NCBI GenBank assembly: GCA_965287045.1
Contig: OZ336877.1
Span: 60,698,001-60,762,000, forward strand
Reading direction: 5' to 3'
DNA length: 64,000 nucleotides
Source of the DNA: Carcharhinus amblyrhynchos
Lineage: Eukaryota
Part shown: in pieces, positions 60,541 to 64,000 of the stretch
How positions within the stretch are numbered: the stretch's first letter is position 1
How the letters are laid out: every line of letters begins with the position of its first letter
Program-made: the position numbers and the translations under genes
The notes under the pieces: generated by a model
What the model was told of the DNA's origin: nothing
The model's input: only the letters and a program-made list of their open reading frames with translations
Databases searched by the model: none

Positions 60541-61151
60541 TACTGGTTTGCAGCTCTCACTTCTGAATTGATACCAAAGTGGGGCGACACATCCATCCAG
60601 AATATACTGAGCAAGGAGCAAATAGGCCATACACAACCGATGTTTCCTTTAAGATGGCCATGCAGTGATCTTAAAGAAATAGTGCAGTGCAACAAGCCAA
60701 CTTTGAGGAAACATTGATTACAAATATAGTAACATCTACAATGTCATGACACTTAAATTCTCTGTCACATCTGTTTGGAGATTATATCAGAACATTTTTA
60801 ATTAAGCAGAAACAGAACGTTCAGCATTGGACACCATTTGGCCCTTTGTCGTGATAGATTAACCTAAACATTATTCTAAAGCTATGTACCTTTCTTTATG
60901 CTAAATATCTCTCTGAATTTTCCTTAAAAGCAAGGGTCTCGTCACAACCACTCCCGTGGCAAATATATTCATGCTCCAAAAGCCTTCCTTCGTCAGCTTA
61001 AGTGATAATTTTTAAATTGATGACCCTCATCATTAACTGCCAACCAGATGATGTGGTCTTCACATTCATACTATCAAAATTCTCCATAATTTCACATGCC
61101 TATTTTAAGGGAGGCAGGAGGGAGGAGAATGCAAATGAATTTAAGGTGTAA

Positions 61152-61915
61152 GCTGTGGCTCGGTTGGTAGCACTTTTGCCTCTGAATCAGAGGCAAGTGG
61201 CTTCAAGTCGCAGTCCAGGACTTGAGTAGAAAAATCAATGTTGACATTCCAGCATTGTACTGTCTTATGGGAGATTTTAAACTGAGGCCCAGTCTGGTAG
61301 ATGTAAAAAAAATCCATATCACTACCATGAAGAACAATCTATCTCTTAATTCACATCACGAAAACATATATCTGGTCATTATCACTTTGTTGTATGTGGG
61401 AGATTGTTGTGTGCGAATTGGTTGTGGTGTTTCCTCAGACTTGCCATAGAAAAAGTGCAGCAAAATTTTTTGGTTTCTGGGATGTCAAGACTGTTGAATG
61501 AGGAGAGATTGTGTCAACTGGGCCTGTATTCACTGCAGTTTAAACAAATGAGGGGGGATCTAATTAAAAAATATAAAATTCTGAAAAGGCTGGACAAACT
61601 GGTTGCAGGAGTGTTATTTCCTCTGAATGGTGGTTGAGGGGGTGGTGGGGTGAACCTGTGGAATTCTCTACCACAGGCAGCTGTGGAGGCCAAATCACTG
61701 ATTATACTTAAGAAGGAAATAATTAGATTTCTAAACTCTAAAGTCATATTGAATGGTGGAGCAGGCTCAAAGGACTGAATGGCCTACTGCTGCTCTTAGT
61801 TTCAATGTTTCTATTATAATAGTGACTACATTTCAGAAGTACTTAATTGCCTGTAAAGCTCTGTGAGACATCCACTGATCATCAGAGGTGTTATATCAGT
61901 ACAGGTCCTGCTTTC
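61152..61915 (+). mobile_element. SacSINE1/DeuSINE-like SINE split by a CR1 3' fragment (~61440-61815)
   Basis: gctgtggctcggttggtagcacttttgcctctgaatcag head and atctggtcattatcac...tgtgtgcgaattgg core; resumes tagtgactacatttcagaagtacttaattgcctgtaaagc. The insert encodes GLYSLQFKQMRGDLIKKYKILKRLDK. Confidence 0.8.
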
Positions 61916-62170
61916 CTATAATTCTTCAAAACTCTGTTTCCTAGAAAACAATCTCAAGTGAACTGCTCTTTATACTTTGGTTCTCTTGCTAAAGCCAATT
62001 CATGAAATAAAATCAGCATGGGGAGATCTTGCAGAACAGTTTTGGATGTTTCATTCTCCAATTTTTCCTCTACCCTGAAAGAAGCATCATGCATCCATTT
62101 GGAATTTTCTGAATGGCATGGATTATTAGAAATGAACTTGTTAAAGGGAATCACAGCTACTAGCCTGTAT

Positions 62171-62381
62171 TTGGGTTCAGGATTCACACTGGGTTCAGGG
62201 CTTGCACTGTGTTCAGAATTCGCACTGCATTCAGAGTTCCCACTAGGGTCAGGGTTCAAGATTAACACTGGGTTCAAGATTAGCACTGGGTTCAGGGTTT
62301 GCACTGCATTCAGGCTTAACATTGAGTTCAGGGTTAACACTAGTTTCAGGGTTAACACTGGGTTCAAGGCTTGCACTGGAT
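62171..62381. repeat. 18-bp minisatellite, about 11 copies
   Basis: Unit consensus TGGGTTCAGGGTTAACAC. Confidence 0.92.
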
Positions 62382-62657
62382 TTTAAAAGTACGCATGAAG
62401 GAAATTTAAAGCTATGTTCAGGCTCAGGGGTCTCTGTAAAGTAGTACAGTAAAATAGGTTATTAAATTAATGCTAACTTGAAAGGTACAAATACTTTGAG
62501 ACCTTGACAGATAAGAAATATCCTTTCCATCTAAATTTTGTTGGAACCCCCATGGAGGGCAATGACATAAAGGAACCAAACTTACCAATGAACACAATGG
62601 AATACATCAATAGATTCATTTTTGCGTTTTAAAACTTTTCATATCTAGCTCTTTTGG

Positions 62658-62797
62658 AGAGGGGCTGCAGAAGGGGAGAGGACTATAATGCAGAGTGAAA
62701 TGAGTGTTGCTAAGGGGAAGGAGGCTGCAAAGTGGGGAAGGGGGCTGAAAGGGGGAGAGGGAGCTGCAAAAGGGAGAGGGGCTATAAAGAGAAAAGA
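62658..62797. repeat. Imperfect ~20-bp purine-rich tandem repeat
   Basis: Recurring GGGGCTG(C)AAA.GGGGAGA units. Confidence 0.6.
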
Positions 62798-62936
62798 GAA
62801 CAGTTTTAAGCACACCAGCAAAGCATATATATGGTACTACATACAGTCCCAATGTCTGTCACACGTCTCTCTTCCTCTGGTGGAATTCAGCCAACTCTAC
62901 GTCACGCATGATCTGATCTTCAAGTGGCCTCTAATA

Positions 62937-64000
62937 TGTTACTCCATCTAAGTGATAAAATATAGAAACTCAAAATTTAAATACATCCTGGTTTGCTCTG
63001 CACATTTTAAAAGAACAGAGATTTTACCTAAAAGTAAGAAGACCAGACCAGAAAATGAAATCAAATCATCTAGATATAATTTATACAGAATAGATTGAAC
63101 TGTCTGGCATATACTTCTATTAGGAATAAAAATGAAATGTTGCTCTTATGAGCATCAATACCAATAAGGTATACTTCTGGAGAATCTCTTCCACTTCGGT
63201 CATGACAGTCCTGATAGCATAGCTTTCCCACAGTGCTCACCATCCAACCACTCAATAACACCCTGGTATAGTTGGCTCTAGTAGAAACCACTCAGCTCTT
63301 CCTGGACTACTCACATAGCTTTTTATGTTTCATCTTTTCAGCTGGTTCCCATAGACTTCTTCACAAAGTCTGCCTGTGCTCTTTCAGGCCACAGGCTGAA
63401 ATCAGATCTCCCATTGAGTTTCTATTTCACAGCAGCCCACAAAGGATTCATTTCTCAGAGGTCTGATGTCACAACCAGGAAATCCAATTCACAAACCCCT
63501 TCCCCAGAAATCTGGACCTCTATCCTGTTTCAGCTAGGTACAGTCTCAAGAAGTATAAGCTTTGAAGCTATTTCATCTCAATTTATTAAATTATGCAACA
63601 AAGGGGTACGGGTTGGTGATTACAATAGGAAATAATCAAATAGATTTGTCCCCTCCTCCAGTGCGAACCATCCAAACTTCGTGATAATTATCAAATAATC
63701 AAATTAAGTTTTTCCATGACAGCCTGGTTGCCTATTTCTGTAAAATTAGTAATTTGTTAACTAACTTTTGTTAAATAAATAGGACAATAATGACAGCATC
63801 GTAAAATGTGATAAAATATGGAAACTTCAAATTTAAATAAATCCTGATTTGCCCTGCACATTTTAAAAAGCTTTAAAAGAGCAGAAATATCATCTTAAAG
63901 TATGAAGACCGGTCCAGAGAATGAAATTAAATCAGCTAGATATAATTTATGCAGAATAGACTGACTGCCTGGGGTATACTTCTATTAAGAATAAAAATGA
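62937..64000 (-). mobile_element. LTR-like block (~62937-63721) followed by a second diverged copy (~63807 to window end)
   Basis: 62952-63135 is repeated at 63808-64000 (gtgataaaatat.gaaact..aaatttaaata...ctagatataatttat.cagaatagac/t...tatacttctatta.gaataaaaatga). TGTTAC at 62937 and CATGACA ending 63721 give TG...CA ends. Confidence 0.5.

Noticed and set aside
41900-64000. mir-124 hairpin upstream of bhlhe22 (syntenic in mammals)
   Set aside because: The mature sequence TAAGGCACGCGGTGAATGCC was not seen on either strand; it likely lies outside the window.

Overview
Eukaryotic vertebrate DNA, very probably from a shark or other elasmobranch: it carries about ten HE1/V-SINE-type SINEs, SacSINE1/DeuSINE-like SINEs, and CR1, L2 and Penelope fragments. 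The only intact protein-coding gene is the single-exon neural bHLH transcription factor bhlhe22 (Bhlhb5/Beta3) on the minus strand, 41520..40672. It sits in a transposon-poor, CpG-retaining domain (about 34.5-44.1 kb) with several enhancer-like non-coding blocks and a 172-N assembly gap. The flanks are a nested transposon graveyard: a ~6 kb two-gene Harbinger fossil, a second Harbinger transposase fossil, two related internally deleted Gypsy-like LTR elements, solo or tandem LTRs, a CR1-group LINE, CR1 pieces, Penelope termini with decayed hammerhead-like cores, and an LF-SINE-like element split by an L2 fragment. I see no convincing new gene system. The best leads are regulatory (CATATG autoregulatory sites, a uORF, candidate ultraconserved blocks, the LF-SINE-like copy) and structural oddities in repeats. 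Repeat family names come from recalled consensus sequences, not from searches, and most repeat boundaries are approximate (tens of bp).
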